From Chloroherpetonaceae bacterium (GTDB lineage: Bacteria; Bacteroidota; Chlorobiia; Chlorobiales; Thermochlorobacteraceae), in assembly GCA_046719715.1 (NCBI GenBank), contig JBDNCJ010000001.1, positions 79,639-143,638 of the forward strand: a stretch of DNA of 64,000 bases, read 5' to 3'. This document shows, piece after piece, positions 37,067-47,083 of the stretch (the stretch's first letter is position 1; each line of letters starts with the position of its first letter). Under the pieces are notes generated by a model that was not told where the DNA came from, did no database searches, and worked only from the letters and a program-made list of their open reading frames with translations. The translations under genes and the position numbers were made by a program.

Positions 37067-37501
37067 ATGCTGATGCCAAAGCGCGTGAAATATCGCAAAA
37101 CGCAACGCGGCAAAATGAAAGGCAATGAAACCAGAGGAACGAACGTAGACTTCGGTTCTTTCGGGCTCAAAGCACTTGAACAAGCATGGATTACGAGCCG
37201 CCAAATCGAAGCCGCTCGCGTCGCTATGAACCGTTTTATGAAGCGCGATGGAAAAGTATGGATTCGTATTTTTCCCGACAAACCTGTAACCAAGAAGCCC
37301 GCTGAAACACGAATGGGAAGTGGAAAAGGCGCGCCTGAATTTTGGGTCGCTGTCGTTAAACCCGGTCGCATTATGTTCGAAGCAGACGGAATTCCGAAAG
37401 CAACTGCTGAAGAAGCGTTCCGCCTTGCCGCCGCGAAACTTCCCATCAAAACGAAGTTTGTTACGCGACCAGACTACGAAGCCGTAGAAGTCAAAAAGTA
37501 A
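37067..37501 (+). CDS. rplP: 50S ribosomal protein L16
   Basis: [19 protein letters not shown]...[43 protein letters not shown]. Confidence 0.98.
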   Translation: MLMPKRVKYRKTQRGKMKGNETRGTNVDFGSFGLKALEQAWITSRQIEAARVAMNRFMKRDGKVWIRIFPDKPVTKKPAETRMGSGKGAPEFWVAVVKPGRIMFEADGIPKATAEEAFRLAAAKLPIKTKFVTRPDYEAVEVKK

Positions 37502-37526
37502 TATGAACCGCTAAAGGGGAAAAGAG

Positions 37527-37745
37527 ATGAAGAAACACGAAATCGCCGCGCTCTCACCAGAAGAGATGAAAAAGCAAATCGGTGAAATGAAACAGCGCAT
37601 CGCCGACACAAAATTCAACTTGGCTTTTGAACCGCCGCAAAACCCGATGATTGTCCGCAATATGCGCAGAGACATTGCGCGCATGAAAACGGCACTGAAC
37701 CAACAAAAAGCAAAAGCGGCAAAGCCTCAATCCGAAAAGAACTAA
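37527..37745 (+). CDS. rpmC: 50S ribosomal protein L29
   Basis: 72 aa. It has the L29-like helical pattern (LSPEEMKKQIGEMKQRIADTKFNL...NMRRDIARMKT) and the conserved position. Confidence 0.93.
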   Translation: MKKHEIAALSPEEMKKQIGEMKQRIADTKFNLAFEPPQNPMIVRNMRRDIARMKTALNQQKAKAAKPQSEKN

Positions 37746-37759
37746 AACGAGTCTGAACG

Positions 37760-38047
37760 ATGTCAGAAACACAAACTATTACGCCTGAAGTCGCCACAAA
37801 AAAGATTGTGCGTGAAAAAGTGGGAAAAGTCGTGAGCAATAAAATGCAAAAAAGCATTGTCGTTGCCATTGAACGCCGTGAACAGCACCCCATTTACAAG
37901 AAATTCATGAAAAAGACGACGAAAATCATGGCGCACGATGAAAAAAATGAAGCAGGGATTGGCGACACGGTGCGCATCTCCGAATTCAGACCAATAAGCA
38001 AACGCAAGAGTTGGAAGCTTGTTGAAATTGTTGAGAAAGCTAAGTAA
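37760..38047 (+). CDS. rpsQ: 30S ribosomal protein S17
   Basis: [66 protein letters not shown]. Confidence 0.96.
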   Translation: MSETQTITPEVATKKIVREKVGKVVSNKMQKSIVVAIERREQHPIYKKFMKKTTKIMAHDEKNEAGIGDTVRISEFRPISKRKSWKLVEIVEKAK

Positions 38048-38129
38048 TTACAATGAATCACGAGCCGCTTGTAAAACTTGTTAGAAAACTTGTTAGAATA
38101 AAGGCGGTTGTAAAATCGATAAACGACTT

Positions 38130-38498
38130 ATGATTCAGAACGAAACAAATTTAGTGGTTGCCGATAACAGCGGCGCAAAAAAAGTTCGCGTTATCCATGT
38201 GCCGGGCGGAACGCACCGCCGTTATGCCGGAATCGGCGACGTCGTCGTCGTCTCGGTCAAAGCCGCAATTCCCGGTGGAACCGTCAAAAAGAAAGACGTC
38301 TCGCGGGCGGTCGTTGTACGCACAAAAAAAGAATTTCGTCGCAAAGACGGCACTTATATCCGCTTTGACGAAAACGCCGTCGTGCTCATCAACGCTCAAG
38401 GCGAGCCGAAGGGCACGCGCATTTTTGGACCGATTGCCAGAGAGTTGCGCGACAAGCAGTACATGAAAATCATCTCTCTTGCGCCAGAAGTACTCTGA
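38130..38498 (+). CDS. rplN: 50S ribosomal protein L14
   Basis: [24 protein letters not shown]...[45 protein letters not shown]. Confidence 0.98.
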   Translation: MIQNETNLVVADNSGAKKVRVIHVPGGTHRRYAGIGDVVVVSVKAAIPGGTVKKKDVSRAVVVRTKKEFRRKDGTYIRFDENAVVLINAQGEPKGTRIFGPIARELRDKQYMKIISLAPEVL

Positions 38499-38520
38499 GT
38501 AAAAAAAGCGAAAAGGAGTG

Positions 38521-38550
38521 TTGAAAAATCAAACACCTTTCGTATTTTTG
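38521..38550 (+). promoter_or_regulatory. candidate FCB-type promoter for tRNA-Gly (TTG-N19-TATTTTTG)
   Basis: TTG lies at 38521-38523 and TATTTTTG at 38543-38550, 19 nt apart and 30 nt upstream of the tRNA 5' end. It overlaps an AU-rich hairpin (38512-38540) that could instead be a weak rplN terminator. Confidence 0.4.
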
Positions 38551-38580
38551 CGACCCGTTTTTAATGAACAGGTAAGCCAA

Positions 38581-38653
38581 GCGGAAGTAACTCAGCTGGT
38601 AGAGTCACAGCCTTCCAAGCTGTTGGTCGCGGGTTCGAGTCCCGTCTTCCGCT
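38581..38653 (+). tRNA. tRNA-Gly (anticodon UCC)
   Basis: The cloverleaf was folded by hand:
- acceptor stem GCGGAAG/CTTCCGC;
- D stem ACTC/GAGT;
- anticodon stem ACAGC/GCTGT with loop CT-TCC-AA;
- 5-nt variable loop;
- T arm GCGGG-TTCGAGT-CCCGT;
- discriminator U.
CCA is not encoded. Confidence 0.9.
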
Positions 38654-38666
38654 CAAAAAGAAAAAT

Positions 38667-38716
38667 GCGTCAATCTTCACTCTAAGCGCGACGTGAGGTT
38701 GACGCAAAATTTTTCT
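38667..38716 (+). terminator. terminator-like hairpin downstream of tRNA-Gly
   Basis: The 13-bp stem gcgtcaa(t)cttcac / gtgaggttgacgc has one bulge and one G-U pair, with a 12-nt loop. An A-run flanks it upstream and AAAATTTTT flanks it downstream. The T-run is offset 4 nt from the stem, so plus-strand termination strength is uncertain. Confidence 0.45.
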
Positions 38717-38782
38717 CAAAAGTAAAAGACTCAAAAAAAGTAGAGCGAAGCGAAACTTTCAAAGCGAAAACACTCAAAGACT

Positions 38783-39025
38783 ATGAAATTGGGAAATAAG
38801 CCTACAAAGATGCACGTGAAGAAAAACGACAACGTTCAAGTGTTGACGGGAAACGATAAAGGCAAGACAGGCAAAATCCTGCGCGTTTTTCCCGACCGAA
38901 ATCGCGTGATTGTTGAAGGCGTCAATCTTCGCAAGCGACACACACGACCAAACAAAAATCAGCCGCAAGGCGCAATCGTCGAGCGCGAAATGCCGATTCA
39001 CGCCTCAAATGTCAAAAAAGTTTGA
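38783..39025 (+). CDS. rplX: 50S ribosomal protein L24
   Basis: [48 protein letters not shown] matches the L24 KOW pattern. The start may be the ATG at 38783 or the ATG at 38810. Confidence 0.95.
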   Translation: MKLGNKPTKMHVKKNDNVQVLTGNDKGKTGKILRVFPDRNRVIVEGVNLRKRHTRPNKNQPQGAIVEREMPIHASNVKKV

Positions 39026-39087
39026 ACTAACGAATCAACTCAAATAGGAAACGACAAAGACCGTTTCCGCTAAATTGAACCGAGATA

Positions 39088-39723
39088 ATGGCACAAAAAG
39101 AGCAAAAAAAAGGTAAGAAAAAGGAAGTAGAAGCGACCGCCAAAGCGAACGTAGATTATTCACATCTTCCGACTCCAAAACCGAGACTACACGAAAAATA
39201 TCGAAGTGAAGTGGTTAAGAAGTTGATGGAGCAGTTCAAGTATGACAACGTCATGATGGTGCCGAAACTCAAAAAAATCAGCATCAACATCGGCGTAGGT
39301 CAAGCCTCGCAAGACCCGAAACTTATGGAAATCGCAGTCAAAGAATTAATGACAATTTCAGGTCAGAAACCCGAAGTGCGTAAATCAAAAAAAGCGATTT
39401 CAAACTTTAAATTGCGCGAAAACCAACCAATCGGATGCCGAGTAACGCTGCGCCGTGAAAAAATGTATGAGTTTATGGACCGATTGATTTCGCTGGCAAT
39501 CCCGCGCATTCGCGACTTCAAAGGTGTGAGCGACAGCAGTTTTGACGGACGCGGAAACTATACGCTGGGCGTAAAAGAGCAAATCATTTTCCCTGAAATT
39601 GATATCGATAAAGTCAATCGCATTTCAGGTATGGACATCACATTTGTTACAACGGCGAAAACCGACGAGGAATCCTACGCGCTCCTCAAAGAAATGGGAA
39701 TGCCGTTTAAGAAAAGAAACTAA
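39088..39723 (+). CDS. rplE: 50S ribosomal protein L5 (with a roughly 30-aa Lys-rich N-terminal extension)
   Basis: [40 protein letters not shown]...[31 protein letters not shown]. Confidence 0.96.
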   Translation: MAQKEQKKGKKKEVEATAKANVDYSHLPTPKPRLHEKYRSEVVKKLMEQFKYDNVMMVPKLKKISINIGVGQASQDPKLMEIAVKELMTISGQKPEVRKSKKAISNFKLRENQPIGCRVTLRREKMYEFMDRLISLAIPRIRDFKGVSDSSFDGRGNYTLGVKEQIIFPEIDIDKVNRISGMDITFVTTAKTDEESYALLKEMGMPFKKRN

Positions 39724-39736
39724 TCAAGTCAAAAAT

Positions 39737-40024
39737 ATGGCAAAGACAAGTGTCGTAGTTCGCAATGAAAAGCGCAAGGTAATCGTTGAACGTTATGCCG
39801 CATTGCGAGAAGAGTTAAAGAAGAAAGCCGCAGCGGGCGACGAATCCGCGGCACGCAAACTTCGCGAATTGCCGCGCAACAGTTCGGCGACGCGCGTTCG
39901 CAATCGATGCAACCTGACCGGCAGACCGCGCGGCGTGTATGCAGAGTTTGGGTTGTGCCGCCACCAATTCCGAGACCTTGCGCTCGCGGGCAAAATTCCC
40001 GGCGTGAAAAAAGCCAGTTGGTAA
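39737..40024 (+). CDS. rpsN: 30S ribosomal protein S14 (long form without the zinc-binding Cys motif)
   Basis: The ORF-track frame 39599-40024 overlaps rplE and is trimmed to the ATG at 39737. The sequence is [29 protein letters not shown]...[43 protein letters not shown]. Confidence 0.95.
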   Translation: MAKTSVVVRNEKRKVIVERYAALREELKKKAAAGDESAARKLRELPRNSSATRVRNRCNLTGRPRGVYAEFGLCRHQFRDLALAGKIPGVKKASW

Positions 40025-40115
40025 TCCAGTAAATTTCATTCAACGCTTGTGGACCGCCGCAACCGAGTGGTGTCGGGAGCAGGAACGCACAAGATAATTT
40101 TAATTTTCAACCAAA

Positions 40116-40511
40116 ATGCCTGTTACAGATCCTATCGCGGACTATTTGACGCGAATCCGCAACGCTGCAAAAGCCAAGCACAAAACCGTAGATGTGCCGC
40201 AATCCAAATTGAAAGAAAACATTTCCAAACTGCTCAAAGACAAAGGGTATATCAAAGATTACTCTGTTGTTACAGCAGAAAAATTCCCCGTTCTGCGCGT
40301 CCAACTTCGCTACCTCTCAAACGGAGAACACGCGATTAAAGAAATCTCTCGCGTCAGCACGCCCGGACGCCGCGTCTATGAAGGAAAAAACATCAAAAGA
40401 TATTTAAGCGGACTTGGACTGTCGGTTGTATCGACATCAAAGGGGCTAATGACGGATAAAGAAGCACGCGCCGCAGGCATTGGCGGTGAAGTTCTTTTCC
40501 GTATTCACTAA
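40116..40511 (+). CDS. rpsH: 30S ribosomal protein S8
   Basis: [46 protein letters not shown]. Confidence 0.97.
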   Translation: MPVTDPIADYLTRIRNAAKAKHKTVDVPQSKLKENISKLLKDKGYIKDYSVVTAEKFPVLRVQLRYLSNGEHAIKEISRVSTPGRRVYEGKNIKRYLSGLGLSVVSTSKGLMTDKEARAAGIGGEVLFRIH

Positions 40512-40538
40512 CCGAAATTGTTGGAAGGAGCAAGACGA

Positions 40539-41078
40539 ATGTCAAGAATTGGAAAAAAGCCGATTGCGATTCTCAAAGGCGTAAAAGTTGAAGTAAAAGA
40601 TGGAAAAATCGTTGTTTCCGGTCCGAAGGGACAGCTCGAGGAAACCCTGCGCGGAAACATCACCATCAAAACGGAAGGCGAAAACGTAAGCGTGGAACGC
40701 GGCGATGAAAACAAACAAACGCGTGCGTTGCACGGGTTGTATCGCGCGCTTATCAACAACATGGTTCAAGGTGTTTCACAAGGTTATAGCAGAAAGTTGG
40801 AAATCACAGGCGTGGGTTACAAAGCCGAATTAAAGCAAAATTGGTTAGTAATGTCGCTGGGATACTCTCACCCGATTTTCTTTCGTCCGCCTGAAGGCGT
40901 AAAAATTGAAACGCCACAACCTACTAACGTCGTTGTCAGCGGCATCGATAAGCAACTTGTCGGTGCAGTTGCCGCAAAAATTCGTTCCTTCAAGAAACCC
41001 GAACCCTATAAAGGCAAGGGAATTAAGTATGAAGGCGAAAATATCCGTCGTAAAGAAGGTAAAACGGCTGGTAAGTAA
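40539..41078 (+). CDS. rplF: 50S ribosomal protein L6
   Basis: The start is trimmed to [15 protein letters not shown], which has a GGAAGGAG SD upstream. It contains [13 protein letters not shown] and [19 protein letters not shown]. Confidence 0.96.
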   Translation: MSRIGKKPIAILKGVKVEVKDGKIVVSGPKGQLEETLRGNITIKTEGENVSVERGDENKQTRALHGLYRALINNMVQGVSQGYSRKLEITGVGYKAELKQNWLVMSLGYSHPIFFRPPEGVKIETPQPTNVVVSGIDKQLVGAVAAKIRSFKKPEPYKGKGIKYEGENIRRKEGKTAGK

Positions 41079-41134
41079 ATTTTTTAGATGAACAAAGGAG
41101 GCGGCAACTATCGCCTCCAAAACTCAAGACGAAG

Positions 41135-41500
41135 ATGAAAGTTCCAGAAAAAATTCAGCGCAGATTCAAAGTCAAAATGCGCGTTCGCAAAAAAGTAACG
41201 GGCACTGCCGAACGTCCTCGCCTCACGGTGTATCGCAGTTTGAATCATATCTACGCCCAACTGATCGACGACGACAAAGGCATAACGCTTGCCGCCGCAA
41301 CAAGCAATAAAAAATCGCTCGAAGGCACTTTCAAAGGAATGAAAAAATCCGAAGTGAGCAAAAAAGTCGGTGAAATGCTTGCGGAAAACGCCAAAGCAAA
41401 AGGGATTACCAAAGTTGTCTTTGACCGCAATGGCTATCAATATCACGGTCGCGTTAAAGCCTTAGCGGACGGTGCGCGCGAAGGCGGATTAGAATTCTAA
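41135..41500 (+). CDS. rplR: 50S ribosomal protein L18
   Basis: [38 protein letters not shown]...[28 protein letters not shown]. Confidence 0.97.
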   Translation: MKVPEKIQRRFKVKMRVRKKVTGTAERPRLTVYRSLNHIYAQLIDDDKGITLAAATSNKKSLEGTFKGMKKSEVSKKVGEMLAENAKAKGITKVVFDRNGYQYHGRVKALADGAREGGLEF

Positions 41501-41514
41501 ACTCAACCAGAGCA

Positions 41515-42033
41515 ATGACAAAACAAGTGCAAAAGAAAGTTAGACCAGGCGAATTGAACTTGAAAGAAAAATTAGTTCAAGTTAATCGCACTGCAAAAGT
41601 CGTCAAAGGCGGAAAGCGTTTCGGATTTAACGCCATCGTCGTCGTCGGCGACGGTGAAGGACATGTCGGATATGGACTCGGTAAAGCCAATGAAGTCCAA
41701 GACGCGATTGCCAAAGGAACGGAAGATGCAAAGAAAAACGTCTTCAAAGTTCCAGTTATCAAAGGCACGATTCCGCACCAAGTCTATGTGAAATTTGGTG
41801 CAGCGAAAATTTTAATGAAACCCGCCTCTCAAGGAACGGGACTCATCGCTGGCGGTGCTGTCAGAGCCGTGCTTGAGAGCGCAGGCGTAAGGGACGTGCT
41901 GACCAAATCACTTGGCTCTTCTAATCCGCACAACGTTGTTAAAGCCACCGTCAAGGGACTTTTGAGCCTCTCTGACGGAATCGATGTGGCAACGAGGCGC
42001 GGCAAAGCACTTAAAGAAGTGTTTGAAGGCTAA
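41515..42033 (+). CDS. rpsE: 30S ribosomal protein S5
   Basis: [45 protein letters not shown]...[19 protein letters not shown]. Confidence 0.97.
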   Translation: MTKQVQKKVRPGELNLKEKLVQVNRTAKVVKGGKRFGFNAIVVVGDGEGHVGYGLGKANEVQDAIAKGTEDAKKNVFKVPVIKGTIPHQVYVKFGAAKILMKPASQGTGLIAGGAVRAVLESAGVRDVLTKSLGSSNPHNVVKATVKGLLSLSDGIDVATRRGKALKEVFEG

Positions 42034-42086
42034 TCATTGACGTTCATCAGTACTATTTCACAAGCCATATTCTATCTACAAGTAAT

Positions 42087-42281
42087 ATGTCAGAGACGAA
42101 GAAACAACTAAAAATTACGCAGGTCAGAAGCGTGATTCGTTGCACGAAAAATCAAAAAGCAACGATGAAGTCGCTGAAATTATCTCACCCGAACAATTCA
42201 GTGGTGCGCACGGATAGCCCAGCATTGCGCGGTCAACTCAAGTCGGTTGAGCACCTCGTTAAAGTCGAAGAACTCAACTAA
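42087..42281 (+). CDS. rpmD: 50S ribosomal protein L30
   Basis: 64 aa. LKITQVRSVIRCTKNQKATMKSLKL matches the L30 pattern, and the gene has the conserved position. Confidence 0.93.
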   Translation: MSETKKQLKITQVRSVIRCTKNQKATMKSLKLSHPNNSVVRTDSPALRGQLKSVEHLVKVEELN

Positions 42282-42299
42282 GGAAAGGATTTTTAGGGA

Positions 42300-42884
42300 A
42301 TGAACTTACACACACTTACGCCGGCAAAAGGGTCAAGAAAACCTAAGAAACGCGTCGGTCGCGGTCCTGGGTCGGGTAACGGCACAACTGCTGGACGTGG
42401 AAACAAAGGGCACCAAGCGCGTAGCGGTTACACAACCAAAAACTTTGAAGGCGGACAAATGCCGCTTTACCGCCAACTGCCTAAATTTGGATTTACGCCG
42501 CCGAACCAAAAAACCGTTATCGGAATCAACGTGGCGCAATTGGAGGCATGGGCGAAAAGCGGAAAAATCGGCACTGACATGCCGCTCGATGCGTTCAACA
42601 AATTGGGCGTAATTGGAAAAACGGAATATCTTAAAATTTTGGGTGAAGGTGAATTGACCACGAAAATCAATGTAACCGCACACGCATTCAGCGAAACCGC
42701 CAAAGAAAAAATTGAAAAGGCGGGCGGGAGCGTAACCGTCGCCTATAGAACCGTTGCAGAAGCAAGCACAATGAAGAATGTTGAGTTTGCAAAAGCCGTA
42801 TCAACACCGAAGCAACTTGTCGATGAACATAAGAAGGCGGTCAAAGCGCGAAAGAAAGCATCAGCAAAAACCGTCAAAAAATAA
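42300..42884 (+). CDS. rplO: 50S ribosomal protein L15 (with a C-terminal extension)
   Basis: LHTLTPAKGSRKPKKRVGRGPGSGNGTTAGRGNKGHQARSG...EGGQMPLYRQLPK. Confidence 0.96.
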   Translation: MNLHTLTPAKGSRKPKKRVGRGPGSGNGTTAGRGNKGHQARSGYTTKNFEGGQMPLYRQLPKFGFTPPNQKTVIGINVAQLEAWAKSGKIGTDMPLDAFNKLGVIGKTEYLKILGEGELTTKINVTAHAFSETAKEKIEKAGGSVTVAYRTVAEASTMKNVEFAKAVSTPKQLVDEHKKAVKARKKASAKTVKK

Positions 42885-42896
42885 TCTTGATTTACG

Positions 42897-44234
42897 ATGA
42901 AACTTGTCGAGAGCATTAGAAATATCAGCAAGATTCCGGAGCTGAAAGATCGAATCCTTTACACACTTGGGCTTTTGATTGTATATCGAATCGGCTCTCA
43001 CGTCACCATTCCCGGCGTTGACGCCGCCGCAGTTGCCGCCGCAGGGGCAGGTCCGACGAACGATTTATTCGGGCTCTTTGACCTCTTCGTCGGAGGTGCG
43101 TTCAAACGTGCTTCAGTCTTTGCGCTCGGAATTATGCCGTATATCTCGGCATCGATTATTATTCAATTGCTTGGTGCGGTAACGCCCGTCATTCAACGTT
43201 TGCAAAAAGAAGGCGAAGAGGGGCGAAAAAAAATCACCCAATACACGCGCTACGGAACGGTGTTGCTTGCCGCTATGCAGGCATGGGGCGTAAGCGTGAG
43301 CCTTTCCAGCCCGTCATCTTTTGGTCAATCAATTGTGCCTGATCCGGGCTTTTTATTCACACTCTCAACAGTAATTACGCTCACGGCGGCAACAATATTT
43401 ACAATGTGGCTCGGCGAGCGCATTACAGAGCGCGGAATCGGGAACGGTATCTCGCTCATCATTATGATTGGCATTTTAGCTCGATTCCCACAGTCGCTCG
43501 TCGCAGAGTGGCAACTCGTTGCAACGGGAAGCAAAAATTTAATTGTTGAAATGATTGTGCTTGCAATTATGGTGCTGATTGTTGCAGGTGTCGTGCTGAT
43601 GACCGTCGGCACACGACGAATTCCCGTTCAATATGCAAAGCGGGTTGTCGGACGAAAGGTTTACGGAGGAACAACGCAATACATTCCCATGCGCGTCATT
43701 ACGGCGGGCGTCATGCCGATAATCTTCGCCCAGTCCATTATGTTCATTCCAAGCACGCTCATTTCATTTTTCCCTGAAAGCGAAGGGATGCAGAAAGTTG
43801 CGTCATGGATTTCATATGATTCGTGGGGCTATGCAATTCTGTTTGCGATTCTAATCGTCTTTTTTACTTATTTCTATACGGCGATTGCCTTCAATCCGAA
43901 AGACGTTGCGGATACGATGCAAAAGCAAGGCGGATTTATTCCCGGTGTCCGTCCAGGAAAAAGCACGGAAGAGTTTATTGACAACATTCTCACGCGTATT
44001 ACTTTGCCCGGCGCAATGGCACTGGCTATCATCGCTGTTTTGCCGACGTTCTTGGTGAAATATGGAAATGTATCTCCGGGCTTCGCACAGTTTTTTGGTG
44101 GAACGAGCTTGCTCATCATTGTCGGCGTTGCGTTGGACACGCTTCAACAGATTGAGAGCCATCTCTTAATGCGCCACTATGATGGATTCATGAAAACGGG
44201 TCGGGTGAGAGGACGAGGGGCGGTCAGCGCATAA
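42897..44234 (+). CDS. secY: preprotein translocase subunit SecY
   Basis: 445 aa and polytopic. It contains ELKDRILYTLGLLIVYRIGSHVTIPGVD, SVFALGIMPYISASIIIQLL and GGFIPGVRPGKSTEEFI. Confidence 0.97.
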   Translation: MKLVESIRNISKIPELKDRILYTLGLLIVYRIGSHVTIPGVDAAAVAAAGAGPTNDLFGLFDLFVGGAFKRASVFALGIMPYISASIIIQLLGAVTPVIQRLQKEGEEGRKKITQYTRYGTVLLAAMQAWGVSVSLSSPSSFGQSIVPDPGFLFTLSTVITLTAATIFTMWLGERITERGIGNGISLIIMIGILARFPQSLVAEWQLVATGSKNLIVEMIVLAIMVLIVAGVVLMTVGTRRIPVQYAKRVVGRKVYGGTTQYIPMRVITAGVMPIIFAQSIMFIPSTLISFFPESEGMQKVASWISYDSWGYAILFAILIVFFTYFYTAIAFNPKDVADTMQKQGGFIPGVRPGKSTEEFIDNILTRITLPGAMALAIIAVLPTFLVKYGNVSPGFAQFFGGTSLLIIVGVALDTLQQIESHLLMRHYDGFMKTGRVRGRGAVSA

Positions 44235-44257
44235 CACACACGAGAAAAGCAACACGT

Positions 44258-45091
44258 ATGGTAACGGCGCGAAGCGAAAAAGAAATTGAATTGATGCGTG
44301 AAAGCGGCAGAATCGTCGCACAAGCACTTGACGCAATTCAGCTCGAACTTCGCCCTGGCGTAACAACGAAAGACCTTGACAAAATTGCCGAAACCTACAT
44401 CCGCAGTCAGGGCGCTCAGCCGAGTTTTTTAGGATATGTGCCACGCGGCGCGCGCGGAACGAAGCCGTATCCTGCGTCAATTTGCGCCTCAATCAACGAA
44501 GAAGTTGTTCACGGAATTCCGAATCCAAAGCGCGTCATAAAAGAAGGAGACATTGTTTCAATTGACGTGGGTGCATTTAAGAACGGTTATCACGGAGATT
44601 CTGCAAGAACATTCATCGTAGGAGAAGTAAAGCCTGAAGTTCGCCACCTCGTCAAGGTTACAGAGATGTGCTTGATGCTCGCAATCAAAGAGGCTGTGGT
44701 TGGTAAGCGCTTGCACGATATTTCCGCCGCCGTTCAAACATATGCGGAAAGTTTCGGTTTCGGTGTCATCGAAAATATGGTTGGGCATGGAATCGGAACA
44801 AAGATGCATGAAGAGCCGCCTGTGCCAAATATCGGCAAAGCGGGAACAGGCGTTTTCTTACGAGAAGGAATGGTGCTTGCGATTGAGCCAATGATTAACT
44901 TGGGACGCTCGCGCAAGGCGAAAATTTTGAGCGACACGTGGACTGCGGTAACCGCCGATGGAAAACCTTCTGCACACTTTGAACATACGGTTGTCGTGCG
45001 CAAAGGTAAAGCCGAAATTTTAACGCTCTCGCGTCTTCCGAAAACTTTGCTCGCTACGGAAGAAGACGCGACGATTCAATTAGCGAGTTAA
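44258..45091 (+). CDS. map: type I methionine aminopeptidase
   Basis: [51 protein letters not shown] and FEHTVVV supply the metal ligands D, D, H, E, E. Confidence 0.96.
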   Translation: MVTARSEKEIELMRESGRIVAQALDAIQLELRPGVTTKDLDKIAETYIRSQGAQPSFLGYVPRGARGTKPYPASICASINEEVVHGIPNPKRVIKEGDIVSIDVGAFKNGYHGDSARTFIVGEVKPEVRHLVKVTEMCLMLAIKEAVVGKRLHDISAAVQTYAESFGFGVIENMVGHGIGTKMHEEPPVPNIGKAGTGVFLREGMVLAIEPMINLGRSRKAKILSDTWTAVTADGKPSAHFEHTVVVRKGKAEILTLSRLPKTLLATEEDATIQLAS

Positions 45092-45111
45092 ACCTAAACC
45101 CTTGCTGTAAC

Positions 45112-45330
45112 TTGGCAAAAGAAGAAGCGATTGAGCTCGATGGCGTAATTCTCGAAGCGTTGCCAAACGCGAGTTTCAAAGTCAAATTGGAAAATAATCT
45201 TGAAATCTTGGCGCACGTGTCGGGAAAGATGAGAATGAATTTCATTAAAATTCTGCCCGGCGACCGCGTGAGGGTTCAGGTGTCGCCATATGACCTAACC
45301 AAAGGAAGAATTACTTATCGATTTAAGTAA
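45112..45330 (+). CDS. infA: translation initiation factor IF-1
   Basis: The start is TTG. (M)[71 protein letters not shown] aligns end to end with IF-1. Confidence 0.96.
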   Translation: MAKEEAIELDGVILEALPNASFKVKLENNLEILAHVSGKMRMNFIKILPGDRVRVQVSPYDLTKGRITYRFK

Positions 45331-45437
45331 GTTTCGAGGGGTTTTCTAAATTAGTATTCAAAAAATTTTGGAAAGAAATAAAAAAGCGTGTAAATTAGCC
45401 GCCCTTTTTTGCAAAGGAAATTAAAATTCGAACGATT

Positions 45438-45554
45438 ATGAAACTTGTCTCGTCGCTAAAAAAGCGTTGCGAATCGTGCAAAATCATTCGCCGAAAAGGA
45501 AAAATTCTTGTCATTTGCAAGAAAAATCCAAACCACAAACAGCGTCAAGGATAA
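45438..45554 (+). CDS. rpmJ: 50S ribosomal protein L36 (38 aa; below the ORF-track cutoff)
   Basis: My own translation is [38 protein letters not shown], with a CxxC...C...H zinc-ribbon pattern. It lies between infA and rpsM. Confidence 0.93.
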   Translation: MKLVSSLKKRCESCKIIRRKGKILVICKKNPNHKQRQG

Positions 45555-45567
45555 TAGGAGATACAGA

Positions 45568-45948
45568 ATGAGAGTTGCAGGTGTTGATCTTCCAAGAAAC
45601 AAGCGCGCCGTTATCGGCTTGACTTATATTTACGGCATCGGCGACGCCACCGCCAAAAAAATTTTAGCGAAAGTGGGCGTCGACGGGAACCGCAAAATCG
45701 CAGAGTTGACGGACGAAGAAGCAAGTCTGATTCGGAACGTCATCACGAGCGAGTATAAAGTTGAGGGGCAAGCACGAAGCGAACAGCAACTCGCCATCAA
45801 GAGATTGATGGATATTGGGTGCTATCGCGGATTGCGTCATCGTAGAGGATTGCCCGTCAGAGGACAGCGCACGCGCACAAACGCCCGCACGCGCAAAGGC
45901 AAGCGCAAGACCGTAGCAGGTAAGAAAAAAGCGGCAGCAAAGAAATAA
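45568..45948 (+). CDS. rpsM: 30S ribosomal protein S13
   Basis: The ORF-track frame 45508-45948 overlaps rpmJ. It is trimmed to the ATG at 45568 ([25 protein letters not shown]), which has an AGGAG SD. It contains [27 protein letters not shown]. Confidence 0.96.
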   Translation: MRVAGVDLPRNKRAVIGLTYIYGIGDATAKKILAKVGVDGNRKIAELTDEEASLIRNVITSEYKVEGQARSEQQLAIKRLMDIGCYRGLRHRRGLPVRGQRTRTNARTRKGKRKTVAGKKKAAAKK

Positions 45949-45971
45949 TCACTAAACTTTTGATATAGCAA

Positions 45972-46373
45972 ATGGCAACGACGAATACATCAGCCGCCGC
46001 GGCAAAAAAGAAAAAGAAAATCAATGTGTCGCCCGAAGGGTTGGCGCACATTAAAGCGACTTTCAACAACGTGCTTGTAACCATTACGGATATGTCCGGC
46101 AACACGGTTGCATGGTCTACAGCGGGTAAAAATGGCTTCAAGGGTTCAAAGAAAAACACGCCATATGCCGCACAAGTTACCGCAGAAGCGGCGGCGCGAG
46201 AAGCGGCTGAATTGGGAATGAGAAAAGTCGATGTTTTAATCAAAGGACCAGGCTCTGGACGCGACGCCGCCGTTCGCTCCCTGCAAGTTGCAGGATTGGA
46301 AGTGCGCTCAATTCGCGACATCACACCGCTGCCGCATAACGGTTGCCGCCCACCTAAACGCAGAAGAGTCTAA
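45972..46373 (+). CDS. rpsK: 30S ribosomal protein S11
   Basis: [46 protein letters not shown]...[18 protein letters not shown]. Confidence 0.97.
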   Translation: MATTNTSAAAAKKKKKINVSPEGLAHIKATFNNVLVTITDMSGNTVAWSTAGKNGFKGSKKNTPYAAQVTAEAAAREAAELGMRKVDVLIKGPGSGRDAAVRSLQVAGLEVRSIRDITPLPHNGCRPPKRRRV

Positions 46374-46403
46374 CAAATCATAAACCCGATTGGAAGAGTT
46401 GAA

Positions 46404-47015
46404 ATGGCAAGATATTTAGGTCCAACCTCAAAAGTTTCTCGTCGCTTGGGCGTCGCTATTGTCCCAAAAGATGAAAAGTATTTGGATAGACGTCCAAATC
46501 CGCCGGGACAGCATGGCGGGTCGCGCAAAGGCAAATTATCGGAATACGCGATTCAGTTGCGCGAAAAGCAAAAGATGAAATATATCTACGGCGTTTTAGA
46601 GCGTCAATTTCGCTCGTATTACGAAAAAGCAACGCGTCAGCGCGGCGTTACAGGGGATAACCTCGTCAAGATGCTTGAAAGTCGGCTCGATAATATTGTG
46701 TATCGTGCGGGATTTGCGGTGTCTCGTCCTGCCGCACGACAAATCGTCTCTCACGCACATCTGCTTGTGAACGGGAAGAAAGTAAATATTCCATCATACC
46801 AATTAAAGTCGGGCGATGTGGTGCAATTCCGAGAAAAATCAAAGAATTTAGACGTCGTGAGAAATTCGTTAAACAAAAAGCCTGACTCGCAAATCCCGAC
46901 TTGGATTCAAGTCGATAAAGCGAACTTAAAAGCGACATTTCTCAATGCGCCTGAACGCTCGGAAGTTCAAGAGCCCTTCAACGAGCAGTTGGTCGTTGAA
47001 TTGTACTCGAAGTAA
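46404..47015 (+). CDS. rpsD: 30S ribosomal protein S4
   Basis: [16 protein letters not shown]..., [65 protein letters not shown]. Confidence 0.97.
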   Translation: MARYLGPTSKVSRRLGVAIVPKDEKYLDRRPNPPGQHGGSRKGKLSEYAIQLREKQKMKYIYGVLERQFRSYYEKATRQRGVTGDNLVKMLESRLDNIVYRAGFAVSRPAARQIVSHAHLLVNGKKVNIPSYQLKSGDVVQFREKSKNLDVVRNSLNKKPDSQIPTWIQVDKANLKATFLNAPERSEVQEPFNEQLVVELYSK

Positions 47016-47083
47016 GAACCACACCAGCGGCAAAATTTTAGCGTTGCTGTTCAACACTTGCACAATTTTTCAAGAGGAGCGTT

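Noticed and set aside
36069-37449. Two long minus-strand ORFs (207 aa and 230 aa) over rplV, rpsC and rplP
   Set aside because: They are antisense to highly conserved ribosomal protein genes. Their Arg/Cys-rich, low-complexity products resemble no family. They are shadow ORFs.
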